In this document: piece after piece, positions 16,296 to 18,674 of the stretch
Numbering within the stretch: the first letter of the stretch is position 1
How the letters are laid out: every line of letters starts with the position of its first letter
Source of the DNA: an uncultured delta proteobacterium
GTDB taxonomy: Bacteria; Desulfobacterota; Binatia; UBA9968
Reading direction: 5' to 3'
NCBI GenBank assembly: GCA_963840855.1
Contig: CAWJBB010000091.1
Span: forward strand, 1 to 18,674
DNA length: 18,674 nucleotides
The notes under the pieces: model-generated
The model's database searches: none
What the model saw: only the letters and a program-made list of their open reading frames with translations
Told to the model about the DNA's origin: nothing
Program-made: the position numbers and the translations under genes

Positions 16296-17222
16296 CTATC
16301 TTTGCGATGGACTTTTTTCGTTGCCGGGTTGGTCCGCCGCGGATTCAGCGCGCAATAAGCCTCTGCTGGAAAACAGCTTGATGGTATCAATCAAGGATTC
16401 CTGGCGTGTTGCAGCCTCGCCGGTGTTGAGATCGGCTATAGAACTAAGAATCTTTTCCACAGAAGGCACCACCAGCGGGGCGATACCGTAGTAGGCAAAA
16501 GTTTCGCGCAGTTCGATCATCTCTTCGCTGCGCCGTCTGGCGTGCACCGGTAGAGACGCAATCGAATTGCCAATCCTTTGGAGTAAACCCGGATGGTTCT
16601 CTTCATAGTCCGCCAGCGTTTCGTCGAGCAAGCCCAGCGCGTTTGCGCCCACCAGCAGCTCTGTGAAAAGTCCCGCCAGCCCTTTGCTTAACCCGGCATG
16701 GATGATTTTGAATGCCGACGCCTGCGTAGGGTTCGGTCCAAGCACCTTGACGCGCAAGCCCGACTCGTTGAGCGCGCTAAGGCGGCTCGCCTCCGGCCCC
16801 GAGACATAAACGACCGTACCCCGGTCCAGTTTTGCCGCGCCGCCGATAATGCAGCCGTCGATGTAATGAGCTTGGGCCTGTGTCAGCGCGCGACCCAGCG
16901 ATTCCGCCGTCATCGGCGATATGGCATTGGCATCCACGTAACAAAGCCCGGTTCGTCCGCTTTTTGTGAGCGCCCGAGCCACTTGTTGGGCGATCTCTTT
17001 GGCGGCCGACGGAACGACGATGGAGACGATGAGATCGACTTGCGACACCAATTCCACCAATGACGGAACAATCTCGACTCCAATGCTGCGCGCTCGCTCG
17101 CGCGTCGCCGCGCTCCTGCCGTCTACGCAGCTAAAGACTTTCACTCCATGTCCGCCTAGCACACGCGCCCAGTGATACCCCATCTCCCCGATGCTGAGAA
17201 TGCCAATACGTTCAAAGCTCAT
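16296..17222 (-). CDS. NAD(P)-dependent oxidoreductase, 6-phosphogluconate/3-hydroxyisobutyrate dehydrogenase-like (DUF1932-type C-terminus)
   Basis: IGILSIGEMG, SIVVPSAA, YVDANAISP, YIDGCIIG, ASAFK and HARRRSEEM. RBS GGAGGA before ATG 17222. Confidence 0.88.
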   Translation of the reverse strand: MSFERIGILSIGEMGYHWARVLGGHGVKVFSCVDGRSAATRERARSIGVEIVPSLVELVSQVDLIVSIVVPSAAKEIAQQVARALTKSGRTGLCYVDANAISPMTAESLGRALTQAQAHYIDGCIIGGAAKLDRGTVVYVSGPEASRLSALNESGLRVKVLGPNPTQASAFKIIHAGLSKGLAGLFTELLVGANALGLLDETLADYEENHPGLLQRIGNSIASLPVHARRRSEEMIELRETFAYYGIAPLVVPSVEKILSSIADLNTGEAATRQESLIDTIKLFSSRGLLRAESAADQPGNEKSPSQR

Positions 17223-17423
17223 AAATTCCTCCATCCCATGTCGAATTGTTTCGGACGATCTGTTGGTAGAATTTCTTCAATCTACCTTTGTTTGAACGAA
17301 TTGAAAAGCTGGAGCGATTTAGACTGTTCTGATTCGTTGAACCATCTCGACGACCCGCCGCAGTAATGCTTAAAGAACACACGTTCTGATTTTCTTTGCA
17401 GGTTTCGATCCGAATGATTGGGT

Positions 17424-17453
17424 TTAAGTGATGGCGGGCTCGCGTGTTATTAT
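17424..17453 (+). promoter_or_regulatory. Extended -10 promoter candidate for the FAD monooxygenase
   Basis: TG-N-TATTAT at 17445-17453 with TTAAGT 18 nt upstream, about 60 nt before GTG 17513. Confidence 0.4.
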
Positions 17454-17512
17454 ATACCCGATGCGAACGAGTTTATCGGCGGAAAAAATATAAATATCGC
17501 TAGGAGCACCGA

Positions 17513-18674
17513 GTGACGAGACACAAGATCGTCATTGCCGGAGCCGGGATCGGCGGATTAACTGCCGGAGCAAGCCTTTTGCAGGCAGGGCATGATGTCA
17601 CGATCTTCGAGCAAGCATCCGAGCTGAGCGAGATCGGAGCGGGTCTCCAGCTAAGCGCCAATGCGACCCACGTGCTGCACCATCTTGGGCTCGGCGCGGC
17701 GTTAGCCGAAGTGGGCGTTCGACCGGGGGCCTACGTCTTCCGGCTCCATGACACCGGTGAAGAGATTCACCGATTTGCGCTGTCCGATGAGCACGAGAAA
17801 TTGCACGGCGCGCCCTATTACCAGGTTCATCGCGCTGATGTTCACACTCTGCTCGCGGCGAGAGTGCTTGAGCTCAAGCGCGACGCCATTCGACTGAACT
17901 GCCGGGTCATTGGCTTCGAAGAGAGCGGCGACAGCGTTAAGCTCCGCCTTGCCGACGGCACGATTGTCCAGGGTGACCTTTTGCTCGGAGCGGACGGTCT
18001 CAAGTCCGTCATCTGCCAACAAATCAACGGAAATATTTCCGCGACGTACACGGGCGATGCCGCCTGGCGTATTACTGTCCCAGTCGGGCGCTTGCCCGAG
18101 AATTTCATGGAACAGGTCATGATGGTTTGGATGGGGCCCGGGCGCCATGTCGTAGCCTATTACCTGCGCGCCGGCGCCTTGCTGAACTTCGTCGGGCTCG
18201 TGGAGACTGAAGAGATTTCCGAGGAATCGTGGACGGCTAAGTTTCCCTGGGAAAGGTTCAAGGCGGATTTCCAGGGCTGGCATGCGGACGTTCAGCAGAT
18301 CATCGACGCAGCCGATCGGGAGGGATGCTACCGCTGGTCATTGCACTATCGACCCGCGATCAAGAACTGGAGCACCCGCCGAGCGGCGCTGTTGGGGGAC
18401 GCAGTGCACCCAACACTGCCTTATCTCGCTCAGGGCGCTTGTATGGCGATCGAGGACGGCGCAGTGCTGACGCGAGCGCTGGATCAGGCGGATTCGATTG
18501 CCGATGCGTTGCAGCTTTACCAGCGCAACCGCGTCGACCGGACGGTAAGAATTGTCAATCAATCAACCGCCAACCGGACACTGTTTCATCTGCGCACCGT
18601 CGATGAAATTCGCGCATCGTTTGCGAACCGGGACGAAGGAGCGGACCGAAACGCATGGCTCTACTCCTACAATC
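17513..18674 (+). CDS. FAD-dependent monooxygenase (class A; salicylate hydroxylase/6-hydroxynicotinate 3-monooxygenase-like), 3' partial
   Basis: Not in the ORF track because it is open to the window end. RBS TAGGAG then GTG. MTRHKIVIAGAGIGGL..FEQASELSEIGAGLQLSANA, LLGADG (GGA at 17987), LLGDAVHPTLPYLAQGACMAIEDG and ..WLYSYN are all in the same frame. Confidence 0.93.
   Translation, partial: MTRHKIVIAGAGIGGLTAGASLLQAGHDVTIFEQASELSEIGAGLQLSANATHVLHHLGLGAALAEVGVRPGAYVFRLHDTGEEIHRFALSDEHEKLHGAPYYQVHRADVHTLLAARVLELKRDAIRLNCRVIGFEESGDSVKLRLADGTIVQGDLLLGADGLKSVICQQINGNISATYTGDAAWRITVPVGRLPENFMEQVMMVWMGPGRHVVAYYLRAGALLNFVGLVETEEISEESWTAKFPWERFKADFQGWHADVQQIIDAADREGCYRWSLHYRPAIKNWSTRRAALLGDAVHPTLPYLAQGACMAIEDGAVLTRALDQADSIADALQLYQRNRVDRTVRIVNQSTANRTLFHLRTVDEIRASFANRDEGADRNAWLYSYN

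Noticed and set aside
17172-17366. 64-aa ORF in the divergent spacer
   Set aside because: It overlaps the oxidoreductase start antisense, with no RBS or recognisable features.
17702-18606. ORF-track calls in the last kilobase
   Set aside because: All overlap the FAD monooxygenase (17513 to window end), which has all class A fingerprints in one frame.

Overview
GC-rich bacterial DNA with about 17 CDS, mostly on the + strand. The gene style suggests a Candidatus Binatia/'Deltaproteobacteria'-like soil organism (inference only). Two functional blocks are interleaved. (1) An aromatic/heterocycle catabolism and uptake region: two paralogous Zn-dependent MDR dehydrogenases, a Rieske oxygenase alpha subunit, two paralogous bicupins, four SBP-fold proteins, an FbpB/ThiP-type permease, a 6PGDH/HIBADH-family oxidoreductase, and an FAD monooxygenase that runs off the 3' end and is missing from the ORF track. 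(2) An uncharacterised envelope module (2523-6340): a secreted fusion of a carboxypeptidase-regulatory-like domain, a c-type heme domain and a Vgb-like beta-propeller, split by a -1 frameshift probably at a G6 run. It is divergent from two translationally coupled membrane proteins and flanked by two paralogous secreted His/Asp-tagged small proteins. The divergent spacer holds two mirror-image promoter-like 38-bp sequences around a MITE/REP-like hairpin. Several unrelated palindromic elements occupy other intergenic gaps. No rRNA, tRNA, CRISPR array or transposase was seen.
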